Shown here piece by piece: positions 36,677-46,110 of a stretch of DNA of 64,000 nucleotides. This DNA is from Candidatus Bipolaricaulota bacterium (GTDB lineage: Bacteria > Bipolaricaulota > Bipolaricaulia > UBA7950 > UBA9294), in contig JANQEA010000035.1 of NCBI GenBank assembly GCA_028278555.1, forward strand, positions 152,089 through 216,088. Reading direction: 5' to 3'. The first letter of the stretch is position 1. Each line of letters begins with the position of its first letter. The position numbers and the translations under genes are program-made. The notes under the pieces are model-generated. The model saw only the letters and a program-made list of their open reading frames with translations. It ran no database searches and was not told where the DNA came from.

Positions 36677-37056
36677 CTCCGTCTGCCCGAGAGTCTATCG
36701 CCAGGGACCGAACGCCGAAATGGTTCGACACAAGAAAGCGAGCGCACGAGATCCCGGAGCTTCTCGCACGCTCGCCGGTGGGCGACCTTCGGTTCACGAC
36801 ATCATGGGTACTCTGCATCCTTGAAGGGCCGATGTGCGTGCCGTGATGCGGGTGTGTTCCCGCAAGCTGGCGAAAGGTGAGAGCCCGGGCCGTATTGTGC
36901 AAGGCCCAGGCTCTCGTGACTCCTCAGCGTAGGGCAACCGTAGCTCGAAGGCGTGAACCGACTGTGAACCGTCGGTGTCGTCCGTGTGTCCTGTCCATCA
37001 GCCGCGGCCCAGAGTTCGGAAAGGCTTATCCCAAGGACATTTCGCCGCTTAGGGTC

Positions 37057-37085
37057 TTGACAAGGCCTGGGGACCGGCCTATAGT
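37057..37085 (+). promoter_or_regulatory. Consensus sigma70 promoter (TTGACA-17 nt-TATAGT)
   Basis: The -35 box is at 37057-37062 and the -10 box at 37080-37085. It drives rightward transcription into a non-coding region. Confidence 0.65.
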
Positions 37086-37091
37086 GGCCGC

Positions 37092-37263
37092 GATATGCTA
37101 GAAGCAGGTAGTCCTCGGATGAGCCGGATGGGTTCGAGCGGCGTCTGCTTCTATTGGTTTTGGTACGAGTCCGGCTCCCGCGCTGCACGCTAGCCACGAC
37201 TAGCTAGCAAGAGCAGCGAAGGGGCCGGAAGACGACTGCGGGCAACCGCGGTCTTTTCTTTTT
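37092..37263 (+). ncRNA. Candidate structured small RNA or riboswitch leader, about 170 nt
   Basis: Lies between a consensus promoter and an intrinsic terminator. It contains several internal helices (UAGAAGCAG/CUGCUUCUA, UCCGGC/GCCGGA, GCUAG/CUAGC) and no ORF. Its class is not identified. Confidence 0.4.
37234..37263 (+). terminator. Intrinsic terminator: 8-bp stem with a GCAA (GNRA) tetraloop followed by UUUUCUUUUU
   Basis: GACUGCGG-GCAA-CCGCGGUC followed by a T-tract. Confidence 0.6.
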
Positions 37264-37424
37264 GCGCGGAGGTGACAGGAAGCAGGAAGCGAGTCGGAAC
37301 AGGCCCGCCCGCGAGCGCGCTTGAGAAGCGTTCCCCTCGCGGGCGGACACGGATGGACGATCGGTGCAGATCGTCCGGGTTCGGTCCGAAGGACCACCGC
37401 AAGGATAACGCGGAAGGAGACGAA

Positions 37425-38426
37425 GTGAAACGGATCATTGCGGTTGCACTACTAGGACTTGTTGTCCTCAACGTTGGATTCGCGGCGGCGGCAGCCCCGT
37501 TGAAGATCGGGATCTGCAAGATCGTCGAACATCCGGCGCTCGATGCGGTCGAACAGGGAGTCATCGACACCCTGACGGCCGCCGGATATGTCGAAGGAGT
37601 CGATGTCGAGTACCTGATCGCCAGCGCCCAGGGAGACTTCGGCACGGCGATCTCCATCGCGCAGAACTTTCTAGCCCAGAACGTCGATCTCGTCGTCGCC
37701 ATCGCCACACCGACGGCGCAGGCGGCGGTCGAGGTCTTCCGGGGCACGGACACACCGATCATCTACGGCGCCGTGACGGATCCGGTCGGGGCCGAGCTTG
37801 TGCCGAGCGCCACCGACCCGAGCGGGAACGAAAACGTGACCGGGGTCTCTGACATGATCCCCGTCGCGGCGCACCTCCGGCTCCTGAAGGAGCTGTCACC
37901 CGACATCGTCAGGATCGGAATCGTCTACAACCCGGGAGAAGCAAACTCGGCGATCCTAACGGAGATGGCCCTCGCTGCTGCGTCGGACGTCGGTGTCGAG
38001 ATCGTCACGGCGTCGGCCGATTCGACGGCGAACGTCCCGCTCGCCGCCCAGTCGCTGATCGGACGGGTCGACGCGTTCTACGTCACCACGGACAACACGG
38101 TCGTCTCGGCGATCGACTCCGTCCTGGCGGCGTCCGAGGAAGCAAAGGTTCCTTTCCTAATGGCCGATCCGACGAGCCTCGCGCAGGCGACGCTCGCCGC
38201 CGGCTTCGACTACTACGAGCATGGCTTGACCGTCGGGCAGATTGTCTTGGACGTCCTCTCCGGAGTAGGAACCGACGAGATCCCGGTGACGTACCAGCCG
38301 ACCGCCGAGGTTCACCTGAACATCGATGCGGCAGCACGGATCGGGTTCGTCTTCTCACAGGCGGTGCTCGATCAGGCCTCGGCGATCCTGTACGGCGGGA
38401 TCATCTGGGAGAAGAAACAGCCCTAG
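37425..38426 (+). CDS. ABC transporter substrate-binding protein (ABC_sub_bind/COG2984 family)
   Basis: Has a signal peptide and a GTG start after a GGAAGGAG ribosome-binding site. The ligand is unknown. Confidence 0.75.
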   Translation: MKRIIAVALLGLVVLNVGFAAAAAPLKIGICKIVEHPALDAVEQGVIDTLTAAGYVEGVDVEYLIASAQGDFGTAISIAQNFLAQNVDLVVAIATPTAQAAVEVFRGTDTPIIYGAVTDPVGAELVPSATDPSGNENVTGVSDMIPVAAHLRLLKELSPDIVRIGIVYNPGEANSAILTEMALAAASDVGVEIVTASADSTANVPLAAQSLIGRVDAFYVTTDNTVVSAIDSVLAASEEAKVPFLMADPTSLAQATLAAGFDYYEHGLTVGQIVLDVLSGVGTDEIPVTYQPTAEVHLNIDAAARIGFVFSQAVLDQASAILYGGIIWEKKQP

Positions 38427-38454
38427 TACCGGGGCAAGCAGCGACGGAGGAACG

Positions 38455-39354
38455 ATGGCTGTCCTGTGGATTCACGCGGTCGAACAAGGCCTCGCCTACG
38501 GCATCGCAGCGCTGGGTGTCTTTCTAACCTATCGCGTGCTGAAGTTCCCCGACCTGACGGTCGATGGGAGTTTCGTGACCGGGGCGGCCATCGCTTCCGT
38601 CCTCCTGATCCGATACGGCGTCGACCCGTTCACGGTCCTTCTGGTCGCGTTCGTCGCCGGAGGGATCGCCGGATTGATCACCGGGCTCCTCAACACGCGT
38701 TTGGGGATCACGAACCTCCTCGCCGGCGTGTTGACGATGATCATGCTCTACTCGATCAATCTGCGGATCATGGGACGTCCGAACCTGTCGCTTCTCCGAG
38801 TCTCGACGGCGACGCGGATCGTCGATGCCGCCTGGTCGCCGCTCGGCGCGTTCTCCGTCCTCGCGTTCATCGCGATCCTGACGATTGCGATCAAGTTCCT
38901 TCTCGACGCCTTCCTTCGCACGGAAGTCGGCTTCGCGCTCCGCGCGACCGGCGACAGCGAACGGATGATCACGGCGCAGGGGGTGAATACGAAGACGATG
39001 AAGATCCTTGGATTGGCGCTTTCCAACGGGCTTGTCGCGCTCTCCGGCGCGTTGGTCGCCCAGTACAGCGGCTTCGCCGACGTCGGGATGGGACTCGGGA
39101 CGATCGTCACCGGGCTCGCTGCAGTGATTATCGGTGGAACGCTGATCCGATCGAGTCGCGTCGGATGGATGACCGCCGGCGTTCTCCTCGGTTCGCTCGT
39201 CTACCGGATCGCCGTCATCCTCGCCCTCCGATACGGCTACGTCATCGGGTTCCAGGCGAGCGACTTGAAGCTGATCACGTCGCTTCTCGTCATCCTCGCC
39301 CTCGTTGTCCCGTACCTTCGGGAGCGGCGGATGCGGAAGGTGAGCGCATGCTGA
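38455..39354 (+). CDS. ABC transporter permease (COG4120 family)
   Basis: Has about 8 TM helices and is 299 aa. Confidence 0.75.
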   Translation: MAVLWIHAVEQGLAYGIAALGVFLTYRVLKFPDLTVDGSFVTGAAIASVLLIRYGVDPFTVLLVAFVAGGIAGLITGLLNTRLGITNLLAGVLTMIMLYSINLRIMGRPNLSLLRVSTATRIVDAAWSPLGAFSVLAFIAILTIAIKFLLDAFLRTEVGFALRATGDSERMITAQGVNTKTMKILGLALSNGLVALSGALVAQYSGFADVGMGLGTIVTGLAAVIIGGTLIRSSRVGWMTAGVLLGSLVYRIAVILALRYGYVIGFQASDLKLITSLLVILALVVPYLRERRMRKVSAC

Positions 39355-40136
39355 GCCTCGAACGCCTGTCGAAGACTTTCCAGACCGCCGCCGATCGGGT
39401 CGTCGCGATTCGCGAGACCGACCTGCACCTGGAAGAGGGAGACTTCCTGACGATCATCGGATCGAACGGTGCCGGGAAGAGCACGCTCCTCAACCTGATC
39501 GCGGGAAGCTATCCGCCGACCTCCGGGCGGATCGTGCTAAGAGGCGTCGACTTGACCGGTATCCCGGCCCATCGGAGGGCACGGCGGATCGGTCGGATCG
39601 TTCAGGATCCGCTCGCCGGGACGGCCCCTTCGATGACGGTCGCAGAGAACCTTGCCCTGGCGATGAAACGGGGCCGCCGGTCCCTTCGGCTGGCCCTCCC
39701 TCGAAGGCTCCGCCGCCGCTTCCGCGAGCAACTCACCGCCCTGAACGTCGGGTTGGAGGATCGCCTCCGATGCCGGGTCGATCTCCTCTCCGGTGGGGAG
39801 CGCCAGGCCCTCGCCGTCCTGATGGCCACGCTCGTCCCGCCCGAAGTTCTGCTCCTCGACGAGCACACCGCAGCGCTCGATCCGAGCAACGCTGCGATGA
39901 TCGTCCGACTGACGCGATCGTTCGTCGAACGTCTCAATCTGACGACCCTGATGGTCACCCACAACATGGAGCAGGCGATCGACGTCGGAACGCGTCTGAT
40001 CATGATGCACAAGGGGGAGATCATCGAGGAGCTCCACGGGGTGGAGAAGAGCCAGGCGACCGTTCCACAGCTCGTCGACCTCTTCTCGCAGCACCACGTC
40101 GTCGACGACGAGCTTCTCCTCGAACGGGTCGTCTAG
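39348..40136 (+). CDS. ABC transporter ATP-binding protein (COG1101 family)
   Basis: Walker A GSNGAGKST and the LSGGERQ signature are present. It overlaps the permease by 7 nt. Confidence 0.8.
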   Translation: MLSLERLSKTFQTAADRVVAIRETDLHLEEGDFLTIIGSNGAGKSTLLNLIAGSYPPTSGRIVLRGVDLTGIPAHRRARRIGRIVQDPLAGTAPSMTVAENLALAMKRGRRSLRLALPRRLRRRFREQLTALNVGLEDRLRCRVDLLSGGERQALAVLMATLVPPEVLLLDEHTAALDPSNAAMIVRLTRSFVERLNLTTLMVTHNMEQAIDVGTRLIMMHKGEIIEELHGVEKSQATVPQLVDLFSQHHVVDDELLLERVV

Positions 40137-40819
40137 TCCGACTTCGCCGGCCAACCGACCGGCATGATCGCCAGCGGATCTTCGGTGATCGCGAGATTGA
40201 TCTTCACCGCTTCATCGACGAACGCTCCGACGATCACCGTCCCGAGTCCGTGTGCGCCGGCCTGGAGATAGATGTTCTGGCAGACGTGTCCAACCTCGAT
40301 GTGAACGTAGCGTTCGGTACGATCTCCGTACTTGCCCGCGGTCCGGTCGAAATCGGCTACGATGACGATCATCGCCGGAGCGTCGGCCATCCAAACCTGA
40401 CCGTGCGCGGCAATCGCCACCTCGAATCGCCAATCGCCCTCGCGATGGAATTCGAGCCGGTGCCCGGACGGTTCGTAGCGGTAGATCCCCGGATCGACCC
40501 CATCCACGTTCCCGACGACCACGAAGATCTCGAGCGGGTAGAGCGCTCCGGCCGACGGGGCGGTCCGTCCGCCCCAGACGGACGTAATCCCCTGCGCCGC
40601 CCAAAGGATCTGACCAAGCTCCTCGAGTGAGAGCGGCACGTCCTGGTAGTCGCGGATCGAGCGCCGCGAGGCGAGGGCGCTCTCGACGCTCACTTCCCCG
40701 TCGAACCGCGGCTCCGGAAGATGGACGTCCTCGGCGAACAGGCATACGGAAACGCCGATCAGGAGAAACAAGCAAAACGCAGAACCTATCATCGTCTTCA
40801 CAAGCGGCCTCCCTTGCAT
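40133..40819 (-). CDS. SagB/ThcOx-type nitroreductase-family dehydrogenase with an N-terminal signal or TM segment
   Basis: Nitroreductase-fold motifs are present (RRSIRDY and the FMN-binding region) and the N-terminus is hydrophobic. The product is 228 aa. Confidence 0.6.
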   Translation of the reverse strand: MQGRPLVKTMIGSAFCLFLLIGVSVCLFAEDVHLPEPRFDGEVSVESALASRRSIRDYQDVPLSLEELGQILWAAQGITSVWGGRTAPSAGALYPLEIFVVVGNVDGVDPGIYRYEPSGHRLEFHREGDWRFEVAIAAHGQVWMADAPAMIVIVADFDRTAGKYGDRTERYVHIEVGHVCQNIYLQAGAHGLGTVIVGAFVDEAVKINLAITEDPLAIMPVGWPAKSD

Positions 40820-40872
40820 TCAGAGACTCGCTACGACACCCACCCAGGGAAGCGTCCTATGCTTCCCCGACG

Positions 40873-40898
40873 TGATGGCTGCGCCGAAGCGCAGCCAT
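40873..40898 (-). terminator. Perfect 11-bp GC-rich hairpin with a UUCG tetraloop abutting the tldD stop codon
   Basis: GATGGCTGCGC-cgaa-GCGCAGCCATC, with no clear U-tract. It may be a terminator or an RNA-stability element. Confidence 0.4.
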
Positions 40899-42364
40899 CA
40901 CGCCTTCATCACTCCGATCTGCACGTTCCGGAACCGGGCCGGCGCCGTCCCGTGGCCGGTATGCGCCCGTTGACCGGGCTGCCCCTTGCCGCAGTTCGCC
41001 GTTCCCCAGACGTTCCAGTGATCGGCATTGCAGACCGCATCGCAGTTGCCCCAGAACTCGGGCGTGATCCCGGTGTAGGTCGCGTTCTTCAGCATCCGCC
41101 CGAGCTTCCCGCTCTTGACCTCATAGGCAAGCTCGGTCCCGAATTGGAAGTTGAGCCGGCGATCGTCGATCGACCAGCTCTTGTTCGTCAGCATGTAGAC
41201 CCCGTCGTCCGTGTCGGCGATCAGGTCGTCGAGCGACCAGTCCCCGGGCATCAGGCTCACGTTGTTCATCCGGATGATCGGCACCCGGTTCCATCCGTCG
41301 GCCCGCATCGTCCCGTTGCTCCGTTCCGGAGCATCCGGGTGGATCGTCCGGAGCTGGCTCGCCGACTCCCGCGAGGTCAGGTACCCGACGAAGACCCCTT
41401 CTCGGACGATGTCGGTCTTCTGACCGGGGACGCCCTCGTCGTCGTAGCCGTAGGTCCCAAGCCCGGTCGGGGTGATCGCATCGGAGACGAGGTTGACGAC
41501 CTCCGAGCCGTAGCGGTACGTCCCGTACTTCTCCGGGGTAAGGAAGCTCGTTCCGGCAAACGCCGCCTCGGTCCCGAAGACCCGATCGAGCTCGATCGGA
41601 TGCCCACACGACTCGTGGACCTGGAGAGCCAGCTGAGGCCCATCGAGGATCAGCGTCGTCGTCGCGCTCGGACACTGCGGCGCCGACAGCAGGGCGACCG
41701 CCTCTTCGGCCGTTTGTCTCGCGTGCCCGGGGAGATCCCACGCACGGATGAACTCGTAGCCGGCCGTTCCCTGATGTCTCCCGAATGAATTCGGGTAGCT
41801 ACGCTGCTGCACTTCTCCCTCGGCGATTGCACGGACGGTGATACCAAGCCCCGACTCGACAATCGTCTGCTCGATGAAGCTCCCCTCGCTGCTGGCGAAC
41901 GTCTTCGTCTCTCGCAGGAATCCCATCGTCCCCTGGGCGATTGCCACGCCGCTGACGGCTCTCGCCTCCTTGTCGGCGGTGAGGAGGACTTCGATCTTCT
42001 CCTCCAGCGAGACCTCGAACGGATCGATCTCGAACGGAGTCCGGTAGGTATCGACGTGGACTTCGGGCGGGCCGAGGTTCACGTCTGCTTCCTTCACCCG
42101 GGCGCTCGCCATTGCGATCTCGACCGCTCGCGCCGCCACCCGGTCGATCTCATCGATCGTCAGCCGGTTGCTCGAGGCGAAACCCCACGCTCCATTGGCG
42201 ATGACCCGGACGCCGAACCCGAAGTCCTCGTCGAGGGTGAGGGTCTGGACGATCCCGTTCTTCACGCCGATATCTTGGTTCTCGCGACGGACGATCCGGA
42301 TGTCTGCATATGTTGCGCCGCCGCTCTGTGCCGTGTCGAGTGCTCGATCGGTGTATTCGCGCAT
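40898..42364 (-). CDS. tldD: TldD-family metallopeptidase
   Basis: A 488-aa product in the TldD/PmbA fold, with the HExxxH-like HESCGH motif. Confidence 0.85.
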   Translation of the reverse strand: MREYTDRALDTAQSGGATYADIRIVRRENQDIGVKNGIVQTLTLDEDFGFGVRVIANGAWGFASSNRLTIDEIDRVAARAVEIAMASARVKEADVNLGPPEVHVDTYRTPFEIDPFEVSLEEKIEVLLTADKEARAVSGVAIAQGTMGFLRETKTFASSEGSFIEQTIVESGLGITVRAIAEGEVQQRSYPNSFGRHQGTAGYEFIRAWDLPGHARQTAEEAVALLSAPQCPSATTTLILDGPQLALQVHESCGHPIELDRVFGTEAAFAGTSFLTPEKYGTYRYGSEVVNLVSDAITPTGLGTYGYDDEGVPGQKTDIVREGVFVGYLTSRESASQLRTIHPDAPERSNGTMRADGWNRVPIIRMNNVSLMPGDWSLDDLIADTDDGVYMLTNKSWSIDDRRLNFQFGTELAYEVKSGKLGRMLKNATYTGITPEFWGNCDAVCNADHWNVWGTANCGKGQPGQRAHTGHGTAPARFRNVQIGVMKA

Positions 42365-42381
42365 TTGGTTTCCCCTCCTCT

Positions 42382-43728
42382 CTAGAAGTCGGTCGTCCCG
42401 GTGAACCGGAACCCACGGATTTTCGCGGCCGGCGCAAACGTCACGATGTTGCCGAATCCCGCCTGGACCGGCTTCGCTTCGCGGCCGAGCGCCTCGACGT
42501 TCTCGAACGCTCCGAGGATGCTCTGCGTGAATCGAAGGTTCTTGAGCGGTTTCGTCACCTTCCCGTTCTCGATCAGGAATGTCCCGTCGCGCGTCATGCC
42601 GGTGAAGATCGTCTTCACCGGGTGGACCGGGTTCGTGTAGTGGAACCGTGTCACCCAGATTCCGCGCTCCGTCGACGCGATCATCTCGTCGATCGACGCC
42701 GACCCCGGAGACATCGCCAAGTGAATCGGGATCGGGCCGAGCGCATTCGGCGCCGCCAGCGCATGGCCGGTCGATGCCTTTCCCTCTTCCCGACCGGCGG
42801 TGAACGAGTCGTAGACGACGCTCCTCGCGATGCCGTTCTCGATCAGCGAGACCTGCTGTCTCGGGACCCCCTCGAAATCGAACGGAAGTGGAAAGCCCCG
42901 AGGGTCGAGGCCATTGTCCCGGATGGTGATTGCGTCGCCGGTGATCGCCTCCCCGAAGCGATCGTTCATGAAGCTCCGCTTCTCCTGAACGGAGAGCGCG
43001 CCGAGGCCGAGATATCCGAGGAAGAAGACCATGTTCGCGACAGCGGACTCTTCGAGGATCACCGTATACTCGCCGGGCTCGATCTTGACCGGATCGGCGC
43101 TCCGAACCGCCTTCTCGACGGCGATCCGGCCGACTTCCGTCGGGTCGAGGCCGGCGACGTCCTGTGCGGCCTCCGAACCATAGCCGGAGCCCGTCTCGCC
43201 CATCACGACGGTCATGACGTTCGCGGTCGTTCCGGCGTGATAGGCGCGGACCCCGAGCGAATTGCCGACGAACAGCTCGTTCGCGCTCGTCGAGAAAGCG
43301 CCCGAGGCCTCGAGGCCGTTCGCCTTCGCCTGCCGGACGATCGAACCGACACCCTCGGCACGCGTTTCGGGCGAGCAGGCGGCCGTCGACTCGACGTAGG
43401 CATTGACCGGTTGAATCGGATTGGGCTCGGGGAGAGATCGAAACTCCGGGTTCTCCTGCTGAAAGCCGGCTGCCGTCTCCGCGTTCCGGACGAGCTCGGT
43501 CAACGCAGCGTCCGTGATGTCGTTCCCCGTCGCCACACCGATCCGCTTTCCGAGGATCGATCGGACGCGCACGTTCACGTCCGTCTCCGCGACATTCTGA
43601 TGGATCGTGTTCATCGCGAACCGCGTCAGCGCTTGATCCTGGGTCGTGACCAGAACCTCCGTCTGATCCGCCGTTGCCGCGCCGAGGACAGCCTCGACAA
43701 TCGTTCTTAGTCGTGCTTCGCCTAGCAC
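42382..43728 (-). CDS. pmbA: PmbA/TldE-family metallopeptidase partner
   Basis: Has the TldD/PmbA fold. Start set at the GTG after an AAGGGGG ribosome-binding site. The track ORF extends to 43872. Confidence 0.75.
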   Translation of the reverse strand: MLGEARLRTIVEAVLGAATADQTEVLVTTQDQALTRFAMNTIHQNVAETDVNVRVRSILGKRIGVATGNDITDAALTELVRNAETAAGFQQENPEFRSLPEPNPIQPVNAYVESTAACSPETRAEGVGSIVRQAKANGLEASGAFSTSANELFVGNSLGVRAYHAGTTANVMTVVMGETGSGYGSEAAQDVAGLDPTEVGRIAVEKAVRSADPVKIEPGEYTVILEESAVANMVFFLGYLGLGALSVQEKRSFMNDRFGEAITGDAITIRDNGLDPRGFPLPFDFEGVPRQQVSLIENGIARSVVYDSFTAGREEGKASTGHALAAPNALGPIPIHLAMSPGSASIDEMIASTERGIWVTRFHYTNPVHPVKTIFTGMTRDGTFLIENGKVTKPLKNLRFTQSILGAFENVEALGREAKPVQAGFGNIVTFAPAAKIRGFRFTGTTDF

Positions 43729-43984
43729 CTTCGCCCCCTTCGTACGGTCGTTGATCGAAGTCCGCTCAGGAGAGTACCGAGCGGCCGGCGTCGCCGCCAG
43801 AGGAGGACGAGAACGAGTCACCGCTCGTTCTCGCGACGTGCGCCCTCGCAGCGTGCATCGCCGATTCGTCATCCGTCATGAGAAGCGAGGCGTTCGGCCA
43901 TCAGCCGATCCAGAGATACGAGCCATTGCTCGTTTCTCTCCCGCGACTCCGAAGGAGTCGCGCACTATACTGACGGCAGTGACC

Positions 43985-44671
43985 ATGGCAACGAAGGTCC
44001 TGGTTGTCGACGACGAACCCTGGGTCGTTCAGGCGGTCCGGAGCTACCTCGAGGAGGCACACTTCGAGGTGATCAGCGCGTACAACGGTGCCGAGGCGTT
44101 GACGCAATTCGACCGGCACGAGCCCGACCTGATCATCCTCGACTGGATGCTTCCCGAGCTCGACGGCCTGTCGGTAGCGCAGCGGATCCGCCACACGTCG
44201 AACGTCCCGATCATCATGCTGACCGCCAAGGTCGACGAAGAGGATCGGATCGCGGGCCTGGAGACCGGCGCCGACGACTACGTTGTCAAGCCGTTCAGCG
44301 CGCGGGAATTGGAGGCCCGCGTTCGTGCCGTCCTCCGTCGTTCGGCCGGTCGGAAGGCACCGATCCTGGAAGTCGGGGATCTGAGGATCGATCAGGCCGA
44401 GCGCCGGGTCTGGATCCGAGGCGAGCCCGTGGAATTGACAGCGATGGAGTTCGACCTCCTCGCGTTCCTGATGACGCATCCCGGGCGCGTCTTCACGCGA
44501 CTCGAACTCCTCGAGGGGGTCCGGGGGGAGACCTACGAGAGCTTCGAGCGCTCGATCGACTCCCACATCAAACGCCTCCGGCAGAAGATCGAGCCGGACC
44601 CGAAGAGCCCTCGGTTCGTCCTGACCGTCTTTGGTGTCGGATACAAGCTCGCCAGGGAGGACGATCAGTGA
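43985..44671 (+). CDS. OmpR-family response regulator
   Basis: The receiver domain carries DD...D...K residues and the winged-helix output domain has VFGVGYKL. Confidence 0.85.
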   Translation: MATKVLVVDDEPWVVQAVRSYLEEAHFEVISAYNGAEALTQFDRHEPDLIILDWMLPELDGLSVAQRIRHTSNVPIIMLTAKVDEEDRIAGLETGADDYVVKPFSARELEARVRAVLRRSAGRKAPILEVGDLRIDQAERRVWIRGEPVELTAMEFDLLAFLMTHPGRVFTRLELLEGVRGETYESFERSIDSHIKRLRQKIEPDPKSPRFVLTVFGVGYKLAREDDQ

Positions 44672-46005
44672 AGCTCTTCCGGAGGATGTCGTTTCAGACG
44701 AAGCTCCTCGCCGCGTTCATCGCGATCATTCTCCTGACGTCCGCCGCCGGGTACCTGTTCATCAATCAATCGGTGAAGCGCGCCTTCTCCGAGTTCGCCA
44801 CGTCGACGTACTCACCGCAGGAGCGGGCCGTCCTCGAGCTCGTCCGCACCTTCTATGAGCGGACCGGGGACCTGGAGTCCGTTCTCGACTTCCTCGGACG
44901 GGGCCGCCGCGAGGTCCCCGTTCTCCTCGCCGATCCGGAGAGAACGGTCGTCTACGCGCCCGACGAGCGATTCGTCGGGCGACGTCTCTCGGTCGACGAA
45001 CTCGCAGAGGGCACCGAGGTCGTTCTGGCGAACGGCGAAGTCTGGACGGTCATCCCCTCCCGGATCGTCCTCGGCCAGGAGATCGTCGAGCGCGGCTTCC
45101 TCTGGACGACCCGTCGAGCACTCTGGCTCGCCGGCTTCGTGGCGATCCTCGTCGCAGTTCTCCTCTCGTTCCTCCTCCTCCGGCAGATCACCCGACCACT
45201 ACGGCGCCTCGACACGGCGACCCGGCAGATCGCTCGCGGGGAATTCTCCGAGCGGGTGTCGATCGAGTCGTCCGACGAGATCGGTCGTCTCGCGCGCTCG
45301 TTCGACGAGATGGCGGAGAGCCTCGAACGGGCCGAGCGAACGAAGAAGCAGATGATCGCCGACGTCTCGCACGAGCTGCGAACGCCGCTTGCTGCGGTTC
45401 GGGGCGCGCTGGAGGGGCTCCGTGACGGACTGATCGAACCGACCTCCGAGACCCTTGCGTCGCTACATGACAAGATTCTGCTGACAACGCGGCTCGTTCG
45501 GGATCTCCATCAGCTGACGCTCGCCGACGCCGGCCGCCTGTCGATTCACCCGGCGCCATGCCGGATCGGTGAGATCGTCGGAACGATCGTCGAGACAATC
45601 GGCGTGCAGCTCGAGGATGCAAACATCCGGCTCGAGAAGCGGACGCCGGACAGTCTTCCGATGCTCATCGTCGATCGGCAGCGGATCGAGCAAGTCTTCC
45701 TCAACCTGCTCGCCAACGCGATCCGCCACACGCCGGAAGGCGGAACGATCTCGATCGAGGCACGCGAGCACACCGAAGGCGTTCTCACCAGCATCTGCGA
45801 CAGCGGGCCCGGCCTGGCGGAAGCCGACTTGGCGCACGTTTTCGACCGGTTCTACCGGGCTGATGACGCGCGGACGAGCGACAGCGGAGCCGGCCTCGGT
45901 CTCTCGATCGCCAAGGCGTTGGTCGACGCGCACGGAGGGCGGATCTGGGCTGAGAACGCGCCGTCCGGCGGCGCTTGCTTCCACGTTCTTCTCCCGACGG
46001 GGTAG
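44668..46005 (+). CDS. Sensor histidine kinase (TM sensor, HAMP, HisKA, HATPase_c)
   Basis: Has the H-box SHELRTPL and the N, G1 and G2 boxes. Its start overlaps the response-regulator stop. Confidence 0.85.
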   Translation: MKLFRRMSFQTKLLAAFIAIILLTSAAGYLFINQSVKRAFSEFATSTYSPQERAVLELVRTFYERTGDLESVLDFLGRGRREVPVLLADPERTVVYAPDERFVGRRLSVDELAEGTEVVLANGEVWTVIPSRIVLGQEIVERGFLWTTRRALWLAGFVAILVAVLLSFLLLRQITRPLRRLDTATRQIARGEFSERVSIESSDEIGRLARSFDEMAESLERAERTKKQMIADVSHELRTPLAAVRGALEGLRDGLIEPTSETLASLHDKILLTTRLVRDLHQLTLADAGRLSIHPAPCRIGEIVGTIVETIGVQLEDANIRLEKRTPDSLPMLIVDRQRIEQVFLNLLANAIRHTPEGGTISIEAREHTEGVLTSICDSGPGLAEADLAHVFDRFYRADDARTSDSGAGLGLSIAKALVDAHGGRIWAENAPSGGACFHVLLPTG

Positions 46006-46035
46006 CCGTCCCCGATTCCCGTTCCGAGAAGAGAC

Positions 46036-46061
46036 GTGCCGCCGTCCGTAGACGACGGCAC
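46036..46061. terminator. Hairpin between convergent genes (putative bidirectional terminator)
   Basis: GTGCCGCCGTC-cgta-GACGACGGCAC, with 10 of 11 positions paired. Confidence 0.35.
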
Positions 46062-46110
46062 GCGCGGGAACTGAACCGGTGGCCCAGAGGGCCGAGACTT
46101 GTCTTGGCTC

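Noticed and set aside
37092-37263. Assigning the structured RNA to SRP RNA, RNase P RNA, tmRNA, a TPP riboswitch or a cobalamin riboswitch.
   Set aside because: None of the hallmark conserved sequences are present. These are GGAAGCAGCCAAGG (SRP), the paired P4 strands (RNase P), tRNA-like ends (tmRNA), CUGAGA (TPP) and the B12 box (cobalamin). A short GAGUCCGGCUCC resemblance to the RNase P P4 5' strand is isolated, and the RNA is far too short.
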